A stretch of DNA of 64,000 nt from Bacteroidota bacterium. Its GTDB lineage: Bacteria; Bacteroidota; Rhodothermia; JANXDC01. The notes below the pieces were generated by a model that worked only from the letters and a program-made list of their open reading frames with translations, ran no database searches and was not told where the DNA came from. The stretch covers positions 141,856-205,855 of the forward strand of contig JANXDC010000011.1 of assembly GCA_025059945.1 (NCBI GenBank), in the 5' to 3' direction. Shown one piece after another: positions 9,984 through 19,066 of the stretch (its first letter is position 1; every line of letters starts with the position of its first letter). A program made the translations under genes and the position numbers.

Positions 9984-10373
9984 ATGGCCCAGCCCGGATG
10001 GAAGTTTTCCCCGTATCACCATCGGATCCCTGAGGCCCTGGAGCGGGCCCAGGGGCCGCTGCCTCCCTCGGATACGGAGTGGCCTGTCTGGGAGGTGTTT
10101 CGGCAGCCGGAGCGGGGTGAGCCGCATCTGCATGTGGGCAGCGTGCACGCGCCAGACCCTCAGACGGCGCTCGTGCTGGCCAAAGAGCAGTTCAGCCGCC
10201 GCGAACCTTGCGTACAGCTCTGGGTTGTGCGCGCCGAAGCCATCTACGCCACCCCGTATGAGGACGCGGACATCTTCGAGCCCGCTCTGGATCGCACCTA
10301 TCGGCTAGCAGCCGGCTACAAGGTGCGGCCGCGCATCCGCAGGGCCCAGGAGGAAGAGGGGGGGCAGCCATGA
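9984..10373 (+). CDS. paaB: 1,2-phenylacetyl-CoA epoxidase subunit B
   Basis: 129-aa protein with the WEVFRQPERGEPHLHVGSVHAPD PaaB signature. Confidence 0.85.
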   Translation: MAQPGWKFSPYHHRIPEALERAQGPLPPSDTEWPVWEVFRQPERGEPHLHVGSVHAPDPQTALVLAKEQFSRREPCVQLWVVRAEAIYATPYEDADIFEPALDRTYRLAAGYKVRPRIRRAQEEEGGQP

Positions 10374-11125
10374 CCGAGGCCCTCCGCGTAGCCGCCACTC
10401 AGGCCCTCATCGCCTGGGCCGACGACGAACTGCTGCTCGGGCACCGGGATTCGGAATGGACAGGGCTCGGACCGATTATCGAAGCCGATATCGCGCTCTC
10501 GAGCATAGCTCAGGACGAAATGGGCCACGCGCTGGCCTGGTACGAGCTGGCGCACTCCCTGGGGGCGCCGGATCCGGATACGCTCGTCTTCGAACGCGGC
10601 CCGGCCGCTTATCGGAACGCCACGCTGTCGGAGCTGCCGCGGGGGGACTGGGCTTTCTGCATCCTTCGGCACTATCTGTTTGACCTGGCCGAATGGGTGC
10701 GGCTGGAGCACTGGCAGCAGATCCCATGGGAGCCCTGGGCGGACATAGCCGAACGCATCACGCGCGAGGAGAAATACCACCTGCTGCACGACCGGACGTG
10801 GTTGGAGCGCTTGGCTCGGGGCACCGAGGAAAGCCACAACCGCCTACAACAGGCCCTGGAGGCGCTCTGGCCCCACGCGCTGGGACTTTGGGAGCCTCCG
10901 GAAGGCGAGGCCGTTCTGGTGGAGGCGGGTTGGATCCCCAGCTCCTCTGCCCTGCAGGCCCGCTGGGAGGAGGAGGTCCGGGCTTACTTGGGTGCACTTG
11001 ACCTCAGGCTCCCCCAAGCCTCCGCCCACCTCGGCGGCCGGCGAGGCCACCATACGGAGCACCTGGCCGCGCTGCTGGAGGCCATGCAGATGCTGCATCG
11101 TCAGATTCCGGGGGCGAAATGGTAA
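10370..11125 (+). CDS. paaC: 1,2-phenylacetyl-CoA epoxidase subunit C
   Basis: 251 aa, ferritin-like (DEMGHALAWYELAHSLG), overlapping paaB by 4 nt. Confidence 0.8.
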   Translation: MTEALRVAATQALIAWADDELLLGHRDSEWTGLGPIIEADIALSSIAQDEMGHALAWYELAHSLGAPDPDTLVFERGPAAYRNATLSELPRGDWAFCILRHYLFDLAEWVRLEHWQQIPWEPWADIAERITREEKYHLLHDRTWLERLARGTEESHNRLQQALEALWPHALGLWEPPEGEAVLVEAGWIPSSSALQARWEEEVRAYLGALDLRLPQASAHLGGRRGHHTEHLAALLEAMQMLHRQIPGAKW

Positions 11126-11595
11126 GCGAACAGGACATCTGGTGCGCCCTCCAAGAGGTGGCCGATCCCGAAATCCCCGTGGTGAACATCGTTGAGCTCG
11201 GGGTGGTGCAAGAGGTGCGCCTAGAGGGGGATCGAGCGGAGGTGGTTTTGATCCCCACCTTTTCCGGCTGCCCGGCCATGGAGCTGATGCGCAGCGAGGT
11301 CGAAAACCGCCTGCGCCAACTGGGGCTTTCGGAGGTCGTCGTGCGGCTTTCGCTTTCGCCCCCCTGGAGCACAGACCGGATCGCCCCTGCAGCGCGCGAG
11401 AAGATGAAGCGCTGGGGGCTTGCCCCGCCCTCGGATTGGGGCCCTGAGCAGGATCTGCTACAACCCGTCACGTGCCCCTACTGCGGCTCAAAGCAGACGC
11501 GCCTGGATAGCCCTTTTGGCCCCACACTCTGCCGGGCCCTTTACTATTGCGACGGTTGCCAACAGCCCTTCGAGAAATTTAAGGCCCTCAAGTAG
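11119..11595 (+). CDS. paaD: phenylacetate-CoA oxygenase subunit PaaD (SUF-like Fe-S assembly domain plus C-terminal Cys-rich tail)
   Basis: DUF59-like N-terminus (VADPEIPVVNIVELGVV) and C-terminal CPYCGS...CDGC motifs. Confidence 0.8.
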   Translation: MVSEQDIWCALQEVADPEIPVVNIVELGVVQEVRLEGDRAEVVLIPTFSGCPAMELMRSEVENRLRQLGLSEVVVRLSLSPPWSTDRIAPAAREKMKRWGLAPPSDWGPEQDLLQPVTCPYCGSKQTRLDSPFGPTLCRALYYCDGCQQPFEKFKALK

Positions 11596-11818
11596 CCAGC
11601 GGCCTCTCCTAGGAGGGGTATGTCGAGCCAGACTGTTCCAAAATAGAACGCACGTTTAGGATGCTGTTCTTTTTGGGATCAAAGACGGGCCGCCTTGGCC
11701 ACAAAACTGGCCAGGGGGCCTCCTAAAAAGGGTCCTGCAGGGTGGCATGCGAATTGTTAATGTCTTTGCGGTGCGGACACAAAAAGGCCGCGTACGATGC
11801 GTGTGCGATGATGGATGG

Positions 11819-11854
11819 GCGAAAGCCGGTCGGATAGGCCGGCTTTCGCTTTTT
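11819..11854 (+). terminator. intrinsic-terminator-like hairpin (GCGAAAGCCGG / CCGGCTTTCGC, 11-bp stem) followed by TTTTT
   Basis: Perfect inverted repeat plus a T-run on the + strand, inside the 265-nt paaD to next-gene spacer. Confidence 0.4.
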
Positions 11855-11858
11855 AGGT

Positions 11859-12098
11859 TTAGATCGCCTCTCGCTCCAGCTCCAGATTCGCCTCTAGCCA
11901 GATCATGTATGCGAACTGGCCCAGCCGGGGGGAAACGCCCAGTTCTTGCCAGAGCTCATATAGAATAGGGAGCGCCGAGAGGCGGAACTCCATCCATTCG
12001 GCGGGGCTTGCGGACGTGTGGCGCAGGCGCATGTAGGTTTCCAGCAGCGCCTCCAGCTTTCCGTATAGATCCAGTAGATGTTGCGTGCTCCAGGACAT
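11859..12098 (-). CDS. hypothetical small protein (79 aa)
   Basis: ORF only. I saw no recognisable motif. It is convergent with paaD. Confidence 0.3.
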   Translation of the reverse strand: MSWSTQHLLDLYGKLEALLETYMRLRHTSASPAEWMEFRLSALPILYELWQELGVSPRLGQFAYMIWLEANLELEREAI

Positions 12099-12233
12099 AT
12101 TTAGAGGCCCTGAGGCCGGAGGTTCTTATTTAAAGTAGCGGCCTCTTCAGCCAAAGGCAAGCAGTGCGCGATTGCGCCTCCTCCGGGGAAAGCGTATCTT
12201 AAATTTTAAAACTAAAATCGTCATCCGCCCGAA

Positions 12234-13590
12234 CATGACGCGCGCGCCCTCGGCTACGCCGGCGCTCATGACCGATTTATACGAGCTGACCATGGCTGCT
12301 GGCTACGTCGAGCAGGGCCTTCATCATGTGGAGGCCACGTTTGAGCTCTTCGTACGCGCCCTGCCCCCCCGACGTGGCTACTTGCTGCTGGCTGGCTTGG
12401 AACAGGTGGTGCAATACCTGGAACAGCTGCGCTTTACCGAAGAGCAGCTAGCCTATCTCAGGGCGCTACCGGTTTTTGCCCACGTACGGCCGGCCTTTTG
12501 GGAGTATTTGCGAACGCTTCGGTTTACGGGCGACCTATGGGCCATACCCGAGGGCCGAGTGGTTTTCCCGGGGGAGCCCATCCTGCGCGTGCGGGCTCCG
12601 ATTGTGCAGGCGCAGCTTGTGGAAACGTATTTGCTGGCTGCACTTAACTTAGGGATCGCAGTAGCCACGAAAGCCAGCCGGGTTGTGCAGGCGGCCCAGG
12701 GACGAGCGGTGATCGACTTCGGCTCTCGGCGTGCGCATGGCCCCGAGGCGGCCGTGTATGCTGCACGAGCCGCCTATATAGGAGGATGCGTGGGCACCTC
12801 CAACGTGGAGGCGGGCTACCGGTGGGGTATCCCCGTGTTTGGCACCATGGCCCATTCGTGGGTTATGGCTTTCGGCAACGAGCTGGAGGCCTTTCGCGCT
12901 TTTCACCGCGTCTTTCCGGAGCACACGACGCTGCTTGTGGACACCTATGACACGCTGGAGGGCGTGCAACACGCCATCGCTCTGGGCGGCTCGATTCGGG
13001 GTATCCGGATCGATAGCGGTGACCTCGTATACTTAAGCCAGCAAGCTCGCAGCCGGCTCGATCAAGCCGGTTTAAGGCAAGTGCGCATCGGCATCAGCGG
13101 AGATCTGGACGAATACCGCATTTGGGATTTTCTGCGTCGAGGTGGGGTGGCGGATTGGTTCGGAGTGGGCACAAAGATGGTCACCTCCGAGGACGCCCCC
13201 TGGGTCGGAGGGGTATATAAGCTGGTGGAGCTCTCCTACAACGGCGCGGAGCGCTTCGTGCTCAAGCTCAGCCAGGCCAAGCGCACCTATCCAGCATCGA
13301 AGCAGGTATACCGGTTTCGAGATTCGACCGGCCGCCTGACCTATGACCTGGTAGCCTGGGAGGAGGAGCCCCCCCCGGAGGGTGGGGAACCGTTATTGGT
13401 CCCGGTTTTGCTTCGGGGGACGCGCTCGGAGCCGCTGCCGGAGCTAGAGGCAATCCGCCAACGCGCCCAGCAGGAGCTTGCCGCCCTTCCGGAGCCGGTG
13501 CGCGATCTGGAGGAGCCCGCCGTGTATCCGGTCCGGATCAGTGCGAAACTGGAGCGTTTGTTTGCACAGGTCATGGAGCAGGTTGGATAA
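12234..13590 (+). CDS. pncB: nicotinate phosphoribosyltransferase
   Basis: LMTDLYELTMAAGY N-terminal motif and the overall NAPRTase length. The start was set at the ATG at 12234, inside the longer track ORF. Confidence 0.85.
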
Positions 13591-13592
13591 GT

Positions 13593-15296
13593 ATGCGCGT
13601 CGCGATCGCACAGCTAAACCCGACCGTGGGTGATCTCCAGGAGAACGCCCAGCGAATTCGTCAAGCCATTCAGCGCGCTCGCGATCGTGGAGCGGACCTG
13701 CTGCTCTTGCCCGAGATGAGCCTGGTCGGCTATCCGCCCCTGGATCTGCTGGAGCAGCCGGATTTTCTAGCCGCCATACGGCGCACCCTGCAGGCCTTGG
13801 CCCCCGACACCGAGGGGCTCGTTGTCGTCCTGGGCGCCCCGGTGCCGAATCCCTCGGAAGTGGGCAAACGGCTCTTGAACGCGGCCGTAGTCTACGAGGG
13901 CGGTCGAATCCGCGCCGTTGTGGCCAAGCAGCTGTTGCCTACCTACGACGTATTCGACGAATACCGGTATTTTGAACCTGGGCCGCCTTCGGAGCCGATT
14001 CGGATCGGGCAATGGCGAATCGGCATCACGATCTGCGAGGACATCTGGAACGACGACCCCCAAGCGGGCTGGTGGATGTACGCGCGCAACCCGGTCCGAG
14101 AGCTGGCGGAGCAGGGCGTCGATGTGCTCTTAAATCTTTCGGCCTCGCCCTTTGCGCGGGGCAAAATCGCGCAACGCGATGCGTTGCTGCGAGGTATCGC
14201 TTCCCGTTATGAGGTCCCCGTAGTGCTAGCCAATCAAGTGGGAGCCAATACGGATCTCATCTTCGACGGATCCAGCCGCGTCTACACCCCAGATGGCCGC
14301 TGCGCCTTGGCCCTGCCGGCCTTTGAGGAGGCGATCGGCCTTTGGGATCTCAAAACGGCCCGTGTGGAGGGTCATGTCCCGCCCATAGGCGATGAGACCG
14401 AGCAGGTCCGCCGGGCGCTTCGGCTGGGTCTGCGCGACTACGCCCGCAAAACAGGGGCTTTTGAGCGCGTTTGGGTCGGCATGAGCGGGGGTATCGACTC
14501 CTCGCTTGTGGCCGCGCTGGCCGTAGAGGCCCTGGGACCGGAGCGCGTCGTGGGCGTGAGCCTGCCGAGCCGGTACTCCTCGGAGGCTTCGCGAACGGAC
14601 GCCGAGCAGCTGGCGCGTACGCTCGGGATCCCCTTTTACTCGATTTCCATCGAACCCGCCTTTCGGGCATTTGAACACATGCTCGCGCCCCTCTTTCGGG
14701 ACACCGAGCCCGGAGTGGCTGAGGAAAACATCCAGGCCCGATCCCGGGCTGTGGTGCTCATGGCCCTGGCCAATAAGTTCGGTGATATGGTCTTGGCCTG
14801 CGGCAATAAGAGCGAAATCGCCACCGGATACGCCACGCTCTACGGCGACATGGCCGGAGGGCTAGCTCCGATCGGGGACCTGTACAAGACCGAGGTATAC
14901 GAGATGGCCCGCCATCTCAACCAAGAGGCGGGCTTTCCGCTCATTCCCGAGTCCGTGTTCCTTAAGGCCCCCTCGGCGGAGCTGCGGCCCGGGCAGAAGG
15001 ATACGGATACGCTCCCCCCCTATGAGGTGCTCGACGACATCCTCAAGCGCTATTTGGAGCTGCACGCCTCGGTTGAGGAGATCCTGGATGCGGGTTATGA
15101 TCCAGCGCTTGTGCAGTACGTGCTCCGGCTTGTCGATCAAAACGAATACAAGCGCCGCCAGGGCCCTCCTGTGTTACGCGTCTCCCCCAAGGCCTTCGGC
15201 TACGGGCGCCGGTTCCCGATCGTGCAGCGTTGGACGGTGCAACGCATGCCTCTTATCGAGAGCCGAGTGCGGCCAGCAGCCTTGACAACCAAGTGA
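13593..15296 (+). CDS. nadE: glutamine-dependent NAD+ synthetase (nitrilase domain plus NAD synthase domain)
   Basis: N-terminal CN-hydrolase (RVAIAQLNPTVGDLQEN ... LLLPEMSLVGYPP) and a C-terminal SGGIDSS P-loop. 567 aa. Confidence 0.9.
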   Translation: MRVAIAQLNPTVGDLQENAQRIRQAIQRARDRGADLLLLPEMSLVGYPPLDLLEQPDFLAAIRRTLQALAPDTEGLVVVLGAPVPNPSEVGKRLLNAAVVYEGGRIRAVVAKQLLPTYDVFDEYRYFEPGPPSEPIRIGQWRIGITICEDIWNDDPQAGWWMYARNPVRELAEQGVDVLLNLSASPFARGKIAQRDALLRGIASRYEVPVVLANQVGANTDLIFDGSSRVYTPDGRCALALPAFEEAIGLWDLKTARVEGHVPPIGDETEQVRRALRLGLRDYARKTGAFERVWVGMSGGIDSSLVAALAVEALGPERVVGVSLPSRYSSEASRTDAEQLARTLGIPFYSISIEPAFRAFEHMLAPLFRDTEPGVAEENIQARSRAVVLMALANKFGDMVLACGNKSEIATGYATLYGDMAGGLAPIGDLYKTEVYEMARHLNQEAGFPLIPESVFLKAPSAELRPGQKDTDTLPPYEVLDDILKRYLELHASVEEILDAGYDPALVQYVLRLVDQNEYKRRQGPPVLRVSPKAFGYGRRFPIVQRWTVQRMPLIESRVRPAALTTK

Positions 15297-15314
15297 AAGC
15301 GGGGGCCAAGCGCG

Positions 15315-15845
15315 ATGCCCATTCGGATTTTGCAGGGGGACATCACCGAACTGGACGTAGAGGCCATCACCAACGCGGCCAATGAGCACCTTAAGCTCGG
15401 CACCGGTGTGGCCGGGGCCATCGCCCGCAAAGGGGGGCCTGAGATCCAACAGGCCTGCGATCGGATCGGCTACACGCCGGTTGGCACGGCCGTCTTGACC
15501 CCCGGCGGACGGCTTAAGGCGCGCTATGTGATTCATGCCGTGGGGCCGCGATACGGGGTGGATCCGGAGCCCGAGCGTCTGCTGGCCCAAGCCGTGCGGG
15601 CAACCCTGGAACTGGCCGAGCAACAGGGGATTCGCAGCCTCGCCCTGCCGGCTATCAGCACAGGGGTTTTTGGCTTCCCCAAAGAACCCGCGCTGCGCAT
15701 CATCTTGCAGACCCTTCGGGATTACTTCGCTGAGCGCACGCGCAGCTCCCTTCAAGAGGTAGTGCTGTGCCTGTACGATTCGGAAAGCTATGCGCTCGCC
15801 CAGCGGATCTGGGCGGAGCTTGAGCCGCCTAACGTGGAGGGTTGA
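15315..15845 (+). CDS. macro domain protein (ADP-ribose / O-acetyl-ADP-ribose processing, MacroD/YmdB-like)
   Basis: ILQGDITELDVEAITNAAN ... GTGVAGAI ... VIHAVGP macro-domain signature. 176 aa. Confidence 0.8.
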   Translation: MPIRILQGDITELDVEAITNAANEHLKLGTGVAGAIARKGGPEIQQACDRIGYTPVGTAVLTPGGRLKARYVIHAVGPRYGVDPEPERLLAQAVRATLELAEQQGIRSLALPAISTGVFGFPKEPALRIILQTLRDYFAERTRSSLQEVVLCLYDSESYALAQRIWAELEPPNVEG

Positions 15846-15852
15846 AGGCCAT

Positions 15853-16926
15853 ATGGCAGCGATGGGGCCAGACTCCGTCCAGCTGGGTCGGTACGTCAGT
15901 TCGATCTTGCGAGGTCTCAAGCCGGCCTATGGGTTGCGACTCGAGCTCGGGGGGTGGGCTCGAGTCTCGGAGCTTGCGTCTGTCGCCCTGCGCCACTGGC
16001 AAGGGGAGGGGGATCCCTCGGCGCAGGACGTGTTGCGCGTACTGGAGTCGGGTCAAGGCCAGTGGTATGAGTTCGCGGGCCAGTGGGTGCGTTCGCGTCT
16101 GCATCCCCAGTTTTCCGCGTTCGAAGCCTTTCGGCCGGAGCAGCCCCCTCTGTACCTCTGCCTTGGGATTCATCGCGCTAGCTGGCGGCAAATCCGGCGT
16201 CATGGCCTGCGCGAGGATCCAGCTGTGCTGCTGCGCGCCCAACCGGAGCTGGCCTTGCAGGATGCGCGGCGTAATTGGGCAGACCGGGGCTTCGCGCTTC
16301 TTGTGGACGCGCTGGCCATGCACGAAGACGGCTTCGTCTTTCTCCGTCACGGCCAAGAGGACCTTTGGGCGGTGGAGTTCGTCCCGACGGCGTATGTACT
16401 CAACCGCGAGCGGCCCTTGCGTCTTGTGTTGGCCGGCGGGGGTATTTTGCACCGCTGGCGCGAAGGGCGGCTTGAGGTGCTTTTGCTCAAACGCAGGGGC
16501 ATCTGGGACCTGCCCAAGGGGAAGATGGATCCGACAGATCTTACGCTTGAGTCCTGCACCCTGCGGGAGGTCAAAGAAGAGGTCGGGGACTTCCCATTTG
16601 TGCTCGAGCGTTACGTAACGGCCTCGCAACACGTCTACTCGCACGGCGAGCACCTGATTTTGAAGACCACCCATTGGTATACGATGCGCTCACCGGTGGA
16701 GGATTTCCCTGTGGGCCATAACCCCAAAGTGACGGAATACCGTTGGACGCCCATCGAAGAGGCGATCGAGCTTGTGGGTTTTGAGACGCTGCGCCAGGTG
16801 CTGACCCACGTACGGCACCTGCTTAGCCCCCCGGACTCCAACGGGGCTGCGGCTTCCCCCCCAGTTGACCATCCCGGGATCCCCGAGGAGCCTCAATGGG
16901 CCATGATGGCGGGGGCCGATTCATGA
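15853..16926 (+). CDS. fusion protein: N-terminal KptA/Tpt1-like (RNA 2'-phosphotransferase fold) domain and C-terminal Nudix hydrolase domain
   Basis: N-terminus aligns to the KptA LSxxLRHxP...GWxxV region, but reads ILRGLKP with Gly at the catalytic His position. A C-terminal Nudix box is present: GKMDPTDLTLESCTLREVKEEVG. Start set at the ATG at 15853, just after the macro gene stop. Confidence 0.6.
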   Translation: MAAMGPDSVQLGRYVSSILRGLKPAYGLRLELGGWARVSELASVALRHWQGEGDPSAQDVLRVLESGQGQWYEFAGQWVRSRLHPQFSAFEAFRPEQPPLYLCLGIHRASWRQIRRHGLREDPAVLLRAQPELALQDARRNWADRGFALLVDALAMHEDGFVFLRHGQEDLWAVEFVPTAYVLNRERPLRLVLAGGGILHRWREGRLEVLLLKRRGIWDLPKGKMDPTDLTLESCTLREVKEEVGDFPFVLERYVTASQHVYSHGEHLILKTTHWYTMRSPVEDFPVGHNPKVTEYRWTPIEEAIELVGFETLRQVLTHVRHLLSPPDSNGAAASPPVDHPGIPEEPQWAMMAGADS

Positions 16927-17612
16927 GGAGATGGGTTGCGCTGGTAGCCTCGCTCATGCCCTCCATCGCCGGCTGGGGGCAGGTTTGGAGAGGCAGAACA
17001 GCGGATTGGGCCAGCCCCCCCATGAGCGTGCTCTGGATCAATGGCCACCAGGCTAGCTTTCAGCATCAGACCGGATCGAGCACGCTTGACTGGTCCGGTT
17101 GGGCTCCAGGGCTGATGTTCTCGCAGCCGAACCTGGATCTGTTCCTCTCTTGGCAGCCTCGGGCAGGGGGCAAGCGGTTGGAGTACTGGGAGGCGGGCGG
17201 GCATCTGTGGGGTGGTTTACCCGTGGCGCCGTTATGGGCCTTGGAAGTGCCCTTCGGGCTGTTCGCCGGTTATCGTTCTGTATCTCCTCAGGGCGCGATG
17301 CGCGAGGGCATAAGCGTGAGCGTGCTCACGTTCGGGGGCGGGCTAGGGTGGCGGCCTTCGATCGGACGTGGGCTTTGGGGGCTGTTGCGGGCTGCGCCCT
17401 TCGGAGGATTGGCCTTTGAATCCTTCGGGCTGCGCAATGGTCGCTCTCTTGGCTTTGTAGCCGAGGTGCGCCTGTACACCGATCGCATAGGCGCCTCTCG
17501 CTGGGGCTTGGCCTTCGGAGCTGGATACCGGCACTGGCGCTGGGTCTTCGAAGATAGCCAACTCAACTACCTCTGGTCCGATGTGCGGGTCTCGCTGGGG
17601 TTGAGTTTCTAG
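16923..17612 (+). CDS. hypothetical Trp/Gly-rich protein, possibly an outer-membrane beta-barrel (ends in Phe)
   Basis: Putative signal peptide (MRRWVALVASLMPSIAGWGQ), alternating aromatic/Gly segments, and the C-terminal residue F. Confidence 0.3.
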   Translation: MRRWVALVASLMPSIAGWGQVWRGRTADWASPPMSVLWINGHQASFQHQTGSSTLDWSGWAPGLMFSQPNLDLFLSWQPRAGGKRLEYWEAGGHLWGGLPVAPLWALEVPFGLFAGYRSVSPQGAMREGISVSVLTFGGGLGWRPSIGRGLWGLLRAAPFGGLAFESFGLRNGRSLGFVAEVRLYTDRIGASRWGLAFGAGYRHWRWVFEDSQLNYLWSDVRVSLGLSF

Positions 17613-17809
17613 TGGGCAAAAGGGCCATCCTGAAGCAGCTCGAGGAGGCGGTGCGCGCCCGCGGCTGGGAAGTCCGGCGCGAGACCGGCTCGTTTCTAGG
17701 AGGGCCTTGCCGTCTGAAGGGCCGATCCGTTGTGGTGCTCAACCGCCGCAGTCCGGTTGAAATTCAGGTGGCGATTTTGGAGGAAGCACTGCGGCGTGCA
17801 CCCCTTTAA
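17612..17809 (+). CDS. hypothetical small protein (65 aa)
   Basis: ORF with balanced composition. No motif recognised. It may be real or may be upstream sequence of the MBL gene. Confidence 0.2.
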   Translation: MGKRAILKQLEEAVRARGWEVRRETGSFLGGPCRLKGRSVVVLNRRSPVEIQVAILEEALRRAPL

Positions 17810-18641
17810 TCATCCTCTCGGATCGGCGCACAGCGCCCCTCGGCCCCATGAGCTGCGCGTAACGCTGCTTGGCACGGGGACCTCCACGGGCGTCCCCGTG
17901 ATCGGCTGCCGGTGCCGGGTTTGCACTTCCTCAGATCCGCGGGATAAGCGGCTGCGTTGTTCGGCGTGGGTGCGCACGGCCCGCACAAGCCTGCTTATCG
18001 ACACAGGGCCGGATTTTCGGCTGCAGGCGCTGCGTTACGGGATCCCGCGTATTGACGCTGTGCTCTACACGCATCACCATTTCGATCACGTCATGGGCTT
18101 AGATGAGCTACGCGCCTTCAACTACCTGCAGCCCGATCCTATCCCCCTGTACGCCTCCCCGGAGGCGGCCTCTATGTTGCGGCACATGTTCCGGTATGTT
18201 TTCCTGGATCCCCCCATGCCAGGTATTCCCAAGGTGCAGCTAAACGAGATCATAGGTCCTTTTCGCATCGGGGAGCTCGACATACAGCCCATACCCGTCT
18301 GGCACGGCCCCATTTCTGTGCTTGGGTTTCGGATCGGGCCTTTTGCTTACGTAACGGACGTGAGCCAAATTCCCGAGCAGAGTTTGCCCCTTCTGGAGGG
18401 CCTGGAAGTGCTCGTACTGGGCGCTCTGCGCTATCGACCTCACCCTATGCACTTCAGCATCCATGAGGCCGTATCTGCGGCCAGGCGTCTGGGGGCGAAG
18501 CAAACGTATCTTATCCACCTCACGCACGAAGTGCTGCACGCTGAGGCTGAAGCCGATTTGCCCGAGTTCGTGCAGCCCGCTTACGACGGATTGGAGCTCA
18601 GGATCCCCTGGCTGAAGGCGCATTCGGAGCCGACCGCATGA
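17796..18641 (+). CDS. MBL-fold metallo-hydrolase (PhnP / RNase Z-like phosphodiesterase family)
   Basis: HHHFDH metal-binding motif and a TGTSTGVP N-terminal motif. The start is uncertain. A GTG at 17796 follows GGAGGA. The track ORF starts upstream at 17730. Confidence 0.65.
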   Translation: MHPFNHPLGSAHSAPRPHELRVTLLGTGTSTGVPVIGCRCRVCTSSDPRDKRLRCSAWVRTARTSLLIDTGPDFRLQALRYGIPRIDAVLYTHHHFDHVMGLDELRAFNYLQPDPIPLYASPEAASMLRHMFRYVFLDPPMPGIPKVQLNEIIGPFRIGELDIQPIPVWHGPISVLGFRIGPFAYVTDVSQIPEQSLPLLEGLEVLVLGALRYRPHPMHFSIHEAVSAARRLGAKQTYLIHLTHEVLHAEAEADLPEFVQPAYDGLELRIPWLKAHSEPTA

Positions 18642-19066
18642 AAATCCTCATCCTCAATGGCCCCAACCTGAACTTGCTCGGCCAGCGCGAGCCCGCTTGG
18701 TACGGGACCGAATCGCTACAAGAGCTGATCGCCTGGCTGCAAGAGGCCTTCTCGGAGCATGAGCTGTTGCATTTTCACTCCAACCACGAGGGGGCGCTCA
18801 TAGACCGGTTGCATGCGGCGCGGCAGGAGGGGGTTGAGGGCGCCGTGCTCAACGCCGGGGCTTTGGCGCACACCAGCTACGCCCTGCGTGATGCGATCGC
18901 GGCGGCAACGTTTCCCGTAATAGAGGTGCATCTGTCGAACATCTACGCGCGGGAGCCCTTTCGGCATCGGTCCGTGCTCGCCCCCGTGTGCGCCGGCCTG
19001 ATAGCCGGCCTGGGCCCGTGGAGCTATTACCTGGCCGTCTTGTACCTGACCCGAGCGCGCTCCTGA
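18638..19066 (+). CDS. aroQ: type II 3-dehydroquinate dehydratase
   Basis: MKILILNGPNLNLLGQREP ... HFHSNHEG ... HLSNIYAREPFRH are classic AroQ motifs. Confidence 0.9.
   Translation: MKILILNGPNLNLLGQREPAWYGTESLQELIAWLQEAFSEHELLHFHSNHEGALIDRLHAARQEGVEGAVLNAGALAHTSYALRDAIAAATFPVIEVHLSNIYAREPFRHRSVLAPVCAGLIAGLGPWSYYLAVLYLTRARS

Noticed and set aside
12099-12233. AT-rich leader (TCTTAAATTTTAAAACTAAAATCG) upstream of pncB considered as an NAD+ riboswitch
   Set aside because: I could not recognise nadA-motif (NAD-I) or pnuC-motif (NAD-II) features. More likely a promoter/UP element. An Rfam scan would be needed to be sure.
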